Source: Epiperipatus broadwayi (lineage: Eukaryota > Animalia > Onychophora). From it: 64,000 nt of DNA. Location of the stretch: positions 16,988,001 to 17,052,000 of the forward strand of contig JAQFVV010000010.1 of NCBI GenBank assembly GCA_028023455.1. The letters run 5' to 3'. Below the pieces are notes generated by a model that did not search any database, was not told where the DNA came from, and saw only the letters and a program-made list of their open reading frames with translations. This document shows, in pieces, positions 39,350 through 53,630 of the stretch (position 1 is its first letter; every line of letters starts with the position of its first letter). The position numbers and the translations under genes were made by a program.

Positions 39350-41620
39350 GCAGGCATTCCCTTCATTCCCCATGCTCAGACTTTCCCCTTTTTCCCCCTA
39401 CTCTAAAAATAAAAAGCCTATTCACACACCTAATCCTCTAATTTAACAAGTTTCTGTGTAAGCGTGCCTTCTAGGGAAAAGTCTGTTTTCCTCTTGTGAA
39501 GTTATAATCCTTACTTCTTGTTGGAATGTGCTTAAAGTAACACAGTTTATTCCTCATCTTCTACAATAAAATTTTCATCATTATTTTTTAAATGGTCATG
39601 AATCCAAACATTTTTGCCAAATTCAAAATTTTCTCAATTCAGGGAGTGATTTAAATTTTCATTTGCAGTTGGCAACAACTTTGAGAGATGAGCACAGAAT
39701 TTTGTGCACATAAACAATTTGGCCTGGGTCTTATTAGTAGCTGCACACAGAGTAAAGTGCTGGAAAAATACTGCATCTAATAATGCTTCCATAATATCAT
39801 TGTGGCAGGTTTTATTCAAAACATATTTTAAGTGTTGAATTGCTTTCCAAGCAATATTGTTACATTCAGGATATGGTGAGATAAGCATCTGGTGTATCCC
39901 ATTATGTTAGAAAATTCTTAAATTGCTAAGATGCAAAGCCAGTCCTGTTATCCGCTGTAATAGCCCTGAGAGAATGATGATTTGTAAAGATCTCTTTCAG
40001 CACTCAAATAAGAAGATTATATAACATTCATTGGTTCAACATAGTCTAGATAAGAATGTTTCTGTGGTTGAATGAATTTAGGCAAAGATTCTAGCTGTTT
40101 TGGCTTAAATAACAGTTTATAATCATATGCTGGCTTGTATGTTCTGGAATTTTTTTTACCATTGCTAAACATTCCCATAATGGATTGTAATCATTACAAA
40201 TTTGAAATTGCCATTGCAAAAAATTATAGTTAAAGCTATTGTGTCGTGTTGATAGTAATTTTTCTCACCTGTCAGCAATGTTGTTCTTAAGAGATAAGCA
40301 AGAGAGCATTCTCCTTCATAGCAATGGTAGAAAATCATGGTCCAATTCCAAATTCTAGTGCAACCATTATATTTATCACATCCAGTCACTATGATAAAGT
40401 AGACATAAGTAGATCTTCAGTTTTCTAAAAGGCACTGTCTTGTTTTTTCTGATCATTTTCATTGTTGTCACTTTTTAAAATAATTTATATAAGAGATAAT
40501 ACATGAGATTTTCTTTTAGAAAGTTTTCAAAAAAAGTTCATTATTTCTAAAAATACCTGCAAATCTTTTTACATTCTTAGCTCACTCAGCATTTTTTTAT
40601 GTCTTTTATTCTAATCAGGTTAGAACACAAGGCCTAAAAACTTTATCTCTGACATTGACCATATACATTTACCAGTATTTAGCTTTCCTCCTATTTTCTC
40701 CAATTTGGAACAGACTTTCCACATATTGACAGTTCATGCTTAGATTCAACAATAATAAATATGTCATCTAAATATGGATGATGCATTCCATACCATGATA
40801 TAAATTATTCATTTTAACTATGAAGATTGGGCACATTTGTAATGCTATATGGTAAGTTATTGCATTTGTAAAATCTGCTGTTCTATCGGTAATGGGGGAT
40901 TTAGTGGAAAACTGACTTTAAATCTATTTTTGCAAAAAACAAGCCTTTTTCCAATGATGCTAGTAATTCATGGACATTAGAAATAGGGTAGGTTCCATTA
41001 TTGATAACTTATTTAGCATTGCATGGTAGTCTCCACATTAAGCTAAAATTTCCATATAGCTTCATAATAACTATTACTAGAAAAACCCAGAGGAGTTTTC
41101 AATCAGTGTTAATATGCCTTTATGAACTATCTCATTTATTCTATTTTCTGCATTAAATACTTATAATACACTTTAAATATATATTTGCATATAATTGGGT
41201 GAGTGCCCTTTATTAGATTAATGCCGACTGATCATGTCAATAACTCTGCTGGTCCTGACTTGAACAATTGCGGGTAATTTCTTCCTAACTATTGCTTCTA
41301 ACAGTTATGAAGTTTCCCAAAGGATAAAACCAGTTTCTTCCTAGTCTTTATTGATGATATACGATAATAATAATTTAAATTTAAAATTTAATTTTACTGG
41401 TACAGCCATTTTGCCATGTATCTCTATATTTTCATTTATGACCATAGCAATAACATCTGTTTTCATGAGTAATGTTTTCTTCTTACATCTATTAATTTTC
41501 ATCTAGTCTTTATATAATAATAACATAGACCCATTCCACTATCAACTTCCATAGTAACTTTCTGCTCGAATATATTCACATCCATCAGAATATGGTCATT
41601 ATTCATGTCATTTAATTTCT
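39350..41620 (-). mobile_element. Gypsy pol relic (RT-RNase H-partial integrase)
   Basis: YPISNVHELLASLEKGLFFAKIDF, YLDDI (40760-40774), KLNTGKC..IKFLG, EKNYYQ...AL.IIF; purine tract near 39360-39400; many stops. Confidence 0.85.
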
Positions 41621-41699
41621 TTATATTAACTACTTACACTCCCTCCTTCAGATTTGCAATCCAGCATTATTATTTATTTTAATATTGTCTTTATTGGGT

Positions 41700-42925
41700 A
41701 AAGAGATGGGGATTACATTTAATGAAAAAAAAATCAAATATAATGATGGTTAATATTGGGGAAAGAGAAGACGAATAATTTTATTGTGGGATATAAAGTT
41801 AAGTGTGGTGAATAGATATAGTTATTTGGGATTCATCTTAAGTAATCAGAAAAATTGCTTGGCTGAATGGGAGAAAAAATTGATAAATGAAGCAAAGAAA
41901 AAAAAGGGATTGATAAACAAATTTAACAGTGTTTTCATATAATAAATATGATGTAGCTAGAATTGTATGAAGAGAGTGCAATAGCAGGGTTAACATATGG
42001 CAATGATGTGTTACGAAAGGGATATTAGATTACTTAGAAAAAGTACAAAGGGAAGTAGGAAGACATGCATTAGATGCAGATGTGTGAACAACAAAGGAGG
42101 CAATTCAAGGAGAAATGAGATGATCAAGTTTTTATATGAGAGATGCAAAAACTAAATGAAAATGTTTGGTAGATTGCAGTTTATGGATAATAAAATAGCC
42201 AAAATAGTATTTAATTGGGTTATGAATAAAGAGCATGCAACAAGAAGGGTGAGAAAGGTAATGCAGTATGCAAAAGATTTGGATAAAAAATTTATATCAG
42301 TATACTTGTACAAAAGGTGGGATGATTATGTTAAGAGGATTGTTGAGTGTTATAGTGGGTAAAGAATGGGATAAAAGAATAGATGCATTAATAAAAAAAA
42401 TAGGAAGTTGGGAAAGATGGAGAACTAGTATGAAGAGTAAAAAGAGTTTAAATATATATAGAAGTAAATAGAACATTGGGTGCATGATAATAGCAAGGAA
42501 AGTAGTTTACTGTTTAAGGCTCGAATGGAATCTTTAGCAACAAGGGATATACACATAAATAAAAAATATGGGTGATTTAGTCTGTAAGTTGTGTAAGGAA
42601 GACATAGAAAATATTAGGCATCTGTTAATTCAATGTAAATGCTTGAAAGCAGAAAGGGTACAAATAATGAAGTTATGGAAGAATAAATATAAACAAAGTG
42701 ATTATACAGAAAGTGGGTTGTTATAAAGGGGATTTATTTAGATATGAAGCCATGGAGCTGACAAAGATTATGTTGTGAAAATGGGATGGAGCAGAATATG
42801 GGAAAACTTAGGGTGGAAAATGAAAAAGGAAGGTAAAGTGGCTAACAGGTTTCTCTGGACATAGTTGCTGAGAGATTCCTGACTCCATATAAGTAGAAGT
42901 CACAGTGCATCACATCACATTACAA
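41700..42925 (+). mobile_element. LINE 3' half with C-terminal CCHC zinc knuckle
   Basis: YSYLG, GLTYGNDVL, LEKVQREVGR, LLFKAR; CKLCKEDIENIRHLLIQC (CX2CX8HX4C) at 42583-42636; CACAT-repeat tail. Confidence 0.8.
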
Positions 42926-42999
42926 CATGTTAAAACACTCTTTGCACTCTTGCAGTCTGGTCTATCTATATTTGTTTTCTTTATTACAATTGGATATTT

Positions 43000-43680
43000 A
43001 TCCATTTATTTACAAAATACAAAATTCCAAAGCATTATCTAATATAGTTTTTTAAGTGAAGCCCTTTTTTATTCCAGGTTTATAATTAAAGTCTAGTTCA
43101 CTTGATAAGTTTTTCTAAAATTACCATCTCTCATTCTGTATAATAGTTTTTTTAATAACCGATCATTTAACTCTAGGTCACAACTCCAATCCTCTGCCAA
43201 TGTTCTCAGTGCTATATCATAATCGTAATATTTTTTATGAGGTAGTTCTCCTATTCCTCAATCTCAATAGTGCCACCATTTAGTTATCACGGGTGAGAAA
43301 TAAATGTTTAGATTTTTCGTTCAATTCCTGATATCAAATTTCTTTGGAGGTCCTAAGGTTGCAGAGTTGATTTGTCAATTTCAATACATTTTCCCCCACA
43401 AACCACCTGAGCATAGATAATCATTTTTAGTCCTCCATTTTATTTACGCACAAATATTTTTCAATATAGTCCACATAATTCTTCCAAGATGTGGTATGTT
43501 GTGTTAACCATATAGAATTCATAAATATTGCTGAAGTAACACCATTTTTCTTGTTTGTCTGAATAGATATTTGCATGTCAATTTTTATCTATCCCAGATT
43601 TATTTTAATGTTATATGTCTATGTTTTATTAAATTTTTCCCCATTAGCCCCTATGCCATTCTGCTAAGTCCTGAAGTAAA
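43000..43680 (-). mobile_element. Decayed LINE RT fragment
   Basis: Minus-strand remnants resembling F.D.EKAFD, G..QG..L.P and LLY.DD motifs; heavily mutated. Confidence 0.45.
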
Positions 43681-43687
43681 AGTTATC

Positions 43688-44265
43688 TCAATACTAGTCG
43701 GACCAGTAATTTTAAATAAATTCAAGTTCAATTTGAGTTAATAAAACAAATTTATTCAATATTAAATAATAAAATAGAAAAATGAAAAGACTATTAGAAA
43801 TCTCTAAAGTCTATAAAAAAATTTCTGCTCGTGTGTGTTAATTTCTACAAATGAACAGTAGATAATTATATTTTATTGCGCTGTGTCTTAAATGAAAAAA
43901 GTTATAATTGCACCAATTCTGGTAAAACTGCAATATATACATATGTTATGAACGATAAACTTTAAACTTCAGGCAGTTGTCATATCAACAATATGCAGAC
44001 AATCTCCTGCTAATGTAACATGTGAAAAATACATTTCCTTACACACATAATAAGTCTTAGCAGTTTTTTTTTTTTTTTATAAGAGTCCATTTTTGTATAA
44101 TTATTTTTCATTAGCATAACTAATTGTTAATATGATTGGCATATGTAGATTTTCTACAGTAATAATAATAATGGGATATTTTATTCATATATTGTCTGAA
44201 AATGTATTTATTATGATTAAATAATGAACTTTATTTATATAGCATATACAAACAATACACATACA
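43688..44265. repeat. Second (empty-site) copy of the repeat at 36471-39340
   Basis: Single TA at 43792-43793 at the position where the other copy carries TA-Tigger-TA. Confidence 0.78.
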
Positions 44266-47200
44266 GAAAGTCCAGAATAAGTTAGCCACATGAATAAATT
44301 TAGACAGTATACAGATGATCCCCAAAGAAAGACAAAAATGTTTCCATTTTTAATATAACTAGTGAAATATCATAAGTTTATTATGAATTGTATATAATCA
44401 ATCAAGGTAAATATATTAAAAAGTGAACTGTGTTAGATGTATATTCAAAACTGTGTTTGAACCTTAAGTGGTGCTCAAGTGGGAAAATAGTACACAACCA
44501 ATATATTATCATGAGAGATCATAGCTATGTATAAAAGTGAAATGTTCATCTTTATCCTAAGTATTTTCCAATCCATGACAGTTATATTAAGTTTCATCCT
44601 CAATTTCCAAATCATATCTATCCTTATCATTCAATCTCATCCAGAGATTAAATGAATACTTAAACTTCAATTTTAGGATAACTGATACAATACTGACATT
44701 TCATCTAGATCTCACAAGCCATTTGGCTATATAGTAAAGGTCTTTGCAACATCCATGAATAATCTCTAATACTTAGATGATCGTTTGTGTGATCCAGTCT
44801 AAATGAGAATATAACTATTAATAAAAGATAAATATATAATTGGATAAATACAAAAACAAATGTTGACATTTTTCAACTATGAAAATGTCTGATTTAATAT
44901 ATATTGTAATAGTAATAGACTATTTAATGAATAACAAATCACCATCAGATTTAATGTTGGTGCACCATATTATATACAAGGATTATTTGATAAATAAATA
45001 TATAATCTATAACCAGATTCCACACTAGCCAATCATTTTATTTAACACTAAATTTGATGAGTAATGCACAATACAAATACATCTTGAGTGATGGTAACCA
45101 GATTCCATGTTGGATCATTTTATAAAATGGAATAGTTAATAAAATTATGCATATATTAAACACCAAGACTAAACATTATTAAGTCAATTTATGTAATGGA
45201 ATTATATCAATTAAAAATCATAAACATTTCCACTATTATAACCAATCAGCAGGCTCTTCCCCAAATAACCAATTAATTATCTTTTTCATGTGTGAAGCTG
45301 AAAGATGCATCCTAGCAATGCGACAAGTTAATTATTTAATCCTGGAACACCACCCATATAATTCCAAAGACAATTATGCACTATCTATACATCATATATA
45401 TTTTTGTTAGCATTCCTGACTGTGTAACTTCATGTAAAGAAAAAGTCTGATATATAGTAAACAAGAATACAAACGTACAGATACTTATTAATTTAATTGT
45501 TTAATAACTAATAAAAAAAAGATTAAATATTAGATATACTAAATAAATATACTGCAATAATGTACAATTGATAATTAAGGTGATTCTATCATTATTAAAA
45601 CAAAACATAAATATATAGTGTGATTAAGATGGATGTCTTCTGATTTACACATACATATGCTAATATTGGTAGTTAGTATACACGTTCTACTTAACATATA
45701 TATGATATATAAAATAGAATCATCAAATCCATACTTAAGATGTTAATTAATTAATCAAAAAAATAAAGATAAACAATTTGTTTTCAAAACAAATAATTTT
45801 CAATACAAATTAAAATTAACAATCTCTATTTAAAACAAACAATTTTGATTATTATTTGGGTAAGACAAAATGGAATTATGTAATTTTATATATATAAAAA
45901 AGAAGCAAGCAATGCAAACTAATGTGAATGTTAGTCATTTTGTTTCATCCAAATAATAATTAATATTATTCATTTTGAATAGAAATTGCCAATTTTAATT
46001 TTGTTTGCTTTGAAAACAAATTGTTTATTTGTAAATTATATTAAATTTCTTGCAAGTTTCAATCAATAATGTTAACTGGGAATTTTTTTTTTAATATAAA
46101 ATTTATGCTTAAATCCTAAAATGACATTCTGGTTTCCATTGTTTTGTATTGCTTTTGTATAAAATTACACATTTCCATTGGTTTGTATTATCTTTTTTCT
46201 TTTTTTTTTTATAAACTTAAGCATCAAATTTTAAAAATATGATCACATTAATACTTTTAAATAAAATAAAATTATGCATTTCAAGTTAAAATTACTTTCT
46301 CCTTAGTTTGTATAAAATTGAACATTTTTGTTAATATTATCAATTAACATCTTCAACATAGTTTGATGGCTCTACCTAGTATGTAATACATACATCTGTT
46401 ATATATACATATGCAAACAATACTTTGAGGTTCGTCCAGATTCAAACATTCTTATTTTTAGACAGAAACATGTTTTAGGTAAGATGAAAAATAAATTATT
46501 TTGGATTGAAATATTCTTAATTTTTTGCCTGTATATATTTGCATAATTATATAAACAACAAATATAATGAACTACATACTAACATCTCTAATGATTTATA
46601 TGCTATCTGTCATGAAAATAAGTAATAATAAACCCTCTAATGAGATATACTTTGAAAAGACTATTTTTAAGTCTAATTATTTACATATATGTAAAGTAAT
46701 TTTCCAAACAATCTCTTAACTAAATCAGGTAAATTATCTCCCCCCTTGCAAAAAAATTTAATTAAAAAAATTAAAAAAAGAATATCAATATGTATAAAAA
46801 CTTTAAAAATAATTTTTATCTTAACTGAAATTTACTTTTAACTTTTATTCCCCCTTCTCTGGAACTTATAATTGATTAATTTTGCAATTTCCTCCAGGCT
46901 ATAATTTCTAAGGAAAAAAGACACAGATACTTAATTTTCTTTGACAAATCTGCAGTTCTTCCTTCAGATTTCTGCAATTATTTCTCTTGCAAGTTTCTTA
47001 ATTAAAAATTTAATTTATTCCCGTTTCTTCTCAATAATAATTCAGCGATTTTCCTCCTTATGTGAAGGTAAAAGAAATATGTTTTTTTTTCCCTAATAAA
47101 ATCTCCATATAAATTTCAGTGGGTTTTCATTAATACTGTATTAATATATTTTTTGGTTGAAGCATATGCTCAACATTTAGGTATGGATTCTACTAAATTC

Positions 47201-47919
47201 ACAGACAACAGATTTCTTTTATCTGTGCATGCATGCATGCAAATATAACTGTTTATTGCTAAACAATTATTTCTACATCAAATAAGAAATAAGATTGAGA
47301 TGCTTCTTGATTTACAAAGAATGGTAGTAGTTTCAAATCTAGAAGGCAGTGACAAGGATATTGAATACAGCAATAAATACTGAGCTTGATATCACTACAG
47401 AAATCTTATTAACATTCTCTTCTTTACCATTGCAAGCAAGTCTTGGACTGGAGTGTCCTAACATATACAGCCTACAGCCAATTGGATTACTTGCTCAGGA
47501 AAACAATTAAGTGTAAAGTTTTCCTTATGAAAAATTTAAAATAAAATATTTATACAATAGTTGTTTGTGTCTATTATTCCCAAAAATTGTGCATATATAT
47601 ATATTATAATTGATTTCTCTAATTTTTCTTAAAATTAAATGTGAATTTATTTTTAGTTCCCAAATCAAATATGCATTTATATTGTACCATCCGCTTTCTT
47701 GCTTTGTAAACAAAATGAGGAAAATCTAAATTTTTAGATTTATTTATTTCTATCCCTTTTGTTTATCCTCTATCACTATCTTTGAAGGCTTCTGTTCATT
47801 CAGGAAGAGATAATAATATCACTGGTAGCAAGCTATCAATAATACCAACTCTCTGCTACTAAATTATAACACTGGCCATCCAAGCACTTTATTTATTTTA
47901 AGAAAAAACCTTTAGGCGC

Positions 47920-49320
47920 CAGTTAATTACGATGTAACTAACGTGCATGCTCAACAAGCTACGAATTTAGTACCTGACCTCCCCCAGCTAGCTCATCGGA
48001 CTCTAATTATTCCAATTTTCTGCCTACACTATGAATCTCTATTTTTCAACATTTACATCACAAATATTTGATTAATAGAATTACTTATATGTTATTTAAT
48101 TCTTCTGCATAAATACCTCCCTTACTTTCAACATGCCCACTCTTGCCTTATAATATAAACACTAACACACATTCTATTAAAGAATACATTTTAATACATC
48201 TCAAATCACACCCATATACATTTAAATAATAAATAAAATAAACACATATTTAATCATATGACACACACATAATTAATGAGATATTTGATTTCAAAAGTCT
48301 TATTACAAAATCTAATGCATGTAGTTATATCATGGAAATTAATAGTTCTATATTGGATTAAATCTAAATTATAGTTCTTACATTTAAAAGTTTTCTGTGA
48401 CTTATTTATAGCTATAAATTAAGATTCTGAAGACAAAAAAAAAAGATTGATTTACCTAGGATTTGAACACTTTCATACACGAATAGAGCAACATAGCTTT
48501 CTTCTGATTCTCCTGAGTCCAATCGATTGATGTTGAGTCCTTGTAGGCCTTTTTTATTTATTTATGATGTGCATATGAATTACTTGGGGGTCTTGGTATG
48601 GACACTCCGATGATTCCCAGTTTTCATATGAACATTATTTCTCCATCGAACTAACTGCTGATGTTACTACAGAGAAGGTTCAGGCTGGCCGCACGATCCG
48701 ATAGGTTCAGCCACGCATTCTATATGACAGTACGTTCATTCTTAGTTATTTCAATATTTTTAGATCAAATTTTGATGAATTCTGATTAATTAATGATTAA
48801 TGATTTTTTCGATTGATTGATTATAACAATATAAAATTTCCCATATATAGACAGTGTTCATTATCTGAGGATCGATCGAGCAGTCTGCTGCAATTCTATT
48901 GGTTTTCTATTTCATTTATTTAAGAGTTTAAGATTTGTTATAGTCTTTCCATTGGCTTTTTATTTTAATCAAACAGTAGTACTTAGTCCCTTTGTTTTGA
49001 TTTTAAGTTTTCAATTCCTTTATTTGCATTGCATTAGCTTTCGATTTTATCATTTTAAGAAAATTCATTTCTTTTAAATTTTATTTGTAGACACACACAT
49101 TCTCCTACTTCCATATTATAAGACGAAATGAGATGTTTATGTTATACATTAACTTAAAATAACAATGTTAATCTTTTTTTTTTTTTTTTAATTATTATTC
49201 ATTACCGAAATCTTTTCCCCTCCCTTTTCTTTTTCTTAAACTTTCGTGAAAATCTTTTTTCTTTCACTAAATTCACTCTTGATAAATGGTATAAATATTA
49301 TGTAATGACCTACATCGGTA
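47920..49320. promoter_or_regulatory. CpG-retaining island, candidate promoter/first-exon region
   Basis: Roughly 20 CpGs in 1.4 kb against a CpG-poor background; ATTGG (CCAAT rc) motifs near 48898 and 48954; no TE motif recognised. Confidence 0.3.
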
Positions 49321-49462
49321 CAATATATATATTTCTTTTGTCTTACTATTTACACCTGAAGGTTTGTGATGATGGTGTTCTACTTTGCTGTTAGGAAAAG
49401 GGGAAGAAATCAGGAGGAACCTCATAGATAAGCATATGAAATTTCTACTGATTGTTGCCTTT

Positions 49463-49614
49463 GGCTGAATAGCTCAGTTGGTTAGAGCATTACCTTAAAA
49501 TTCAATAATCAAGAATCTGAGGATACAGGTTTAAATCCCATGCCAGTATTGTCACTGGTCAGGCCAGCAACACCTGAAGAAGAGGGGAGAGTAATGCCTC
49601 TCAAGATGTTGTGC
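49463..49614 (+). mobile_element. tRNA-derived SINE-like sequence followed by a dead hammerhead-like motif
   Basis: A box TAGCTCAGTTGG, B-box-like GGTTTAAATCC (49463-49546, Lys-like 3' half); then CTGAAGA-AGAGG..CCTCT-CAAGA-TGTT at 49574-49610. Confidence 0.55.
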
Positions 49615-51239
49615 ATATACTAACCTCTTTGACGTGCTATTACTAACAGTTGAATGTATTTGGAATATTTAAATAAAAATAAATTTTTCTAAAGACATTC
49701 AATACACATATTAGATGATGGCAATAGTCCAATATAAAAATACAAAATTTACTATATTACTTTTTTAATTACATTACTCAATTCTTATATTTTGATTTAG
49801 AGCTCATAAGAACCCGTAGTAGCACATAACTTTATATATACAACTAAGTGCACACAATACATTTTCATACAAGTATATATATCAAAAATAGAAACAATGA
49901 AGTCTTACATATTATTATATATAAATGAAGTTACTAACTTAAATATTTGGTGGATTAGTTTAAAAACTATATTCAAACCTATCTGTTTTAATGAGCTAAT
50001 TGTTCATAATTATTTTGTTGTGTTTTGTATATTCCATTTTTAAACTGTCAATTTGTATTAGCTGAAGATGGCAAATACTCAGGATGATCTGACAGTTACT
50101 TTATTTTATATAATATAGTTTTAGTTCTCAATTTCAGTCCTTATTCTTAAATCAACCACATGCTTATTCATGTCTATTCATGTCTTCCTCTTTCTCAGAT
50201 ATTTCTAGCTGATTACAAATTAAAAGTAAATTAATAAAATGCATTAAAAATAATCTATTTTTTCAGATATTAAGATAAAAACTATGGCTCAGCACTGAAA
50301 AAATTATGATAATAATGAAGGCTGTATCATACTATAATCTTACTTTTTATTTTCATAATCAGTGCATTTATTGAACCAGATCCATATAAGTTCATTATTT
50401 GTTAGCTAAGAATAGCCAAATATATATTTCTGACTACTATTGGACTATTGAAGATTGACAATAAGCTCTGAAAAAAAAAAAGTATAATATTGTCTGTGAT
50501 ATAAAAAATTTCAAGATTTATCAGGTTTGAAATTCAAGTAGTGGACATGTGTATATGTTTAATCACTCTACTATGAGTTCGTAAATAACAAATATTGTTT
50601 CCTAAACATTAATCAATGTCGATCAAAATCAAATTAAAGAATATATCATAGTAATAAATCAATTTGAATGTTCCATAAAAGTAATGCTATTTACATATGC
50701 AATTGATGGATATAAAAATTAATTTGTAATTATAATTGTGTTATTAATTGCCAACAAAATAAAAAATGACTTTAAATTCTGTTCGAATGTATATCTATTT
50801 GGACTTTTATTTAAGAAGAAAAGGGAAAGAAAATAATTATTTAAGTTTTTAATCTTAAGTTATTTCTTATCCAAAGATTTTTCAACAAAAGTAAATCATT
50901 ACTGATTTGTGGAAAAATGGTGAGACCAATTTAAATATAAAGATAAAATGGAAAAATATGTTTTTAATGCTTAGCGATTGAAACTAATTTGATGATAACT
51001 CCAGACTTGTACAGCCTTATTTGTTTTTGAGAATGCTATATATATATATGTGAGAAAATATAACCATTTAGCCGCTTAGAGATGCTTAATAAAATTTTTA
51101 TTTTTATAAAGGCAAATTCCATTTTTACTAGTGAAGATTTTTTTTTAAAAAAAAAATAAAGATCTATCTAGATAAATTAATAATACATTTAACACTAAAG
51201 CAGTATAATATAGTATAGAATGATTTCCTTAGATGAAAT

Positions 51240-51890
51240 CACAAATCCTATTCACATCCATAGCCTGAAAATTCTGTTATCCACATAAAACATTCTCTAC
51301 TTCTAATTATTAAGTTAACTCTTCAATCATTGACTTATTTTTTTTCTCTTTAACCTCATTACAATAAAAGCTGTTCCATTAGTTCCAATATTCTATCCTC
51401 ATATTCCATATTCTTGTTATAAAGATCTAAACAAAAATATCCATCACTTTCATTCCTTTCTACAACTCAAAAATAAATATTTAATATTCTGTTTCCTACC
51501 TCTACATGAACTATATCTACAATACAATTTCTAATTATATTTTATCTCTTTTTCCTGGTATCAAAAGATCTTGTCACAAATAATATCCCTACTGTTATAA
51601 TTTATCACTTCAATTTTTATACATATTTTTATTCGTTTATAACTCCAAAAATTCCTTTATCTTTTATCACTCTTAATAACTACCTAGTTGTAATATATTC
51701 TCTAAATATTTAACCTACTTATCATATAAATATACAGAAATAAAATCATCTATTAACTTTATTACTATGAAATAATATATTTGTTGTCCACTTCACAAAT
51801 GACCACTCTATACTGTAAGATGTGACACTTACATAACTCCATTATCAACTACACACCTTGTGGCCTACCATGATAGTGATGTTCTTTATT
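51240..51890 (-). mobile_element. Possible LINE endonuclease relic
   Basis: Purine-rich minus strand with GRPQG motif; very decayed. Confidence 0.3.
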
Positions 51891-53429
51891 AATCGCTATA
51901 TTAATAAATATAAAGCACTATAATTAACAAACCATTAATTGTGATATATATTTAAATCTCAACTCAATCATACTGTAAATACGTATCTCAATTAAATTAT
52001 AAAATACATATATGACAACTAATCTTTAATAATTATTATCTTATGAAGTGTGATGTAACTCCAACACACTATAACAATACGTGAAATATGATAGGACAAA
52101 GTAAACATAAACAAGAAATGGAAATTTATGTTAAAGTAAAGAAATAAGAAAAATTTTGTTATTAACACATTAACTATATATATATAACAATCACTAATAA
52201 TGCGGTCAGCAATGGACCGAAATGATAATCATGAACTTGCTATTTTCAACAATGAGCTTCATCAAAGAGAGCTAAAATTCTCATCTGCTGAATAACCTGC
52301 GAAAATTTAAGCAGAGAATTTGCAATTCGAATAAAAACTCTAGCCATCTTTGAGTTGAAATAATATTAAAAACCAATATCTGAATATCCAAAAAACAAGA
52401 ACATGCAACTAAGGAATTAGAAACTGAAATCTTCAAAATTAAATTCGGATTATTTGAATTTCCAAAGTGGCTATAATTCTACATCATAGATTGAGCTATC
52501 TAGACTTGATATCTAATAGTACAAGAAATATTGCTCTTAATACATTCAAAATAATTTAGTAAACAAATATATGAATAATGATACAGAGAAATATGCATTG
52601 CTAAATGCAAAAGTGACATAAAGAAAGTCGTAACTCATGAAGTTATGACTTTCAGAACTGGGAGAAAATTGACCAAGCATTTAACATCTGTGCCACGAAA
52701 CATCAAGTTTATTATTAAGAAATAGGTAGGACAACTTCACACTTCAAAGCAAGAGTTCCAAGGATACAAAGGATATTCCAGAACACTCACAATTTACTAT
52801 CTATGCCCAAAATAGTTTAATAAGAATTACCAGAATGATTCACTAAGCCATTTTTCCTCATGAAATTTAAAACTGAATTTAGGTTGATGTCATGAATGTT
52901 ATTTATTTGTATATTTTGTATAAATGTTTTTATTCATATTTTTCCTTTATTATGGGTATAAAGGGGGAAATAAGTGTTAATACTGAATTGTTTTACAGAT
53001 ATATGTTTCAAATATATTGGTATTTGAAAGCTAAAAAAAAAAATTTAAAGATCTTTTAAAAGATGCCATTTAATTTTCTTTTTTTAATTAGCATAATTTA
53101 TTTTTTTAAAACATACAATGAAAGTTAATTTTTTGTTTCTTATTTATCTATTTAATTTAATTAAAGTTGAAATTGGAAGGAATAAAAAAGACACGCATAT
53201 TACTAATCCAGATAAATAAAAAAATAAAAAATTCCAAAGTAAAAGATAACAATCAGTAAAATCTTTTTGAAGCTAATTAAAGATGGCAGAATTATTTTAT
53301 ATATAAAAAAAAGACTTTGTAACTTAAAACTAATAAAGAATGCACAAGATTATCAATGTGTATCTTTAATAAAACACTAGATAAAAGTCTACGCGCAGAA
53401 GTCTAAAAACTGATCCAAGGCTATAAAAG

Positions 53430-53630
53430 GGGCAAAAAAACTTGAACCCGGGTCTTGTCTTTTTGTTAACTAGCCGTTTCCATCGGTTTGGGATAGAGAA
53501 AATGTCCTATCCTGGACTACTACTCATCTGCTAAGTAAGTGGTCAGGCTGGAGTGGAAACAATGCACTTACAGATACCTTTCATCATAGAGATCACTCGG
53601 AAAAAACCTTCAAGTGTAGCCTTAGGACAG
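53430..53630 (-). mobile_element. SINE-like sequence with tRNA B box
   Basis: Minus strand GACCCGGGTTCAAGT; GC-richer 200-bp block; A box not convincing. Confidence 0.33.

Noticed and set aside
50055-50100. Hammerhead at CTGAAGATGGC
   Set aside because: No downstream GAAA and no stem II partner.
52200-52800. gag/ORF1-like coding relic
   Set aside because: Codon-like but multiple stops and no diagnostic motif.
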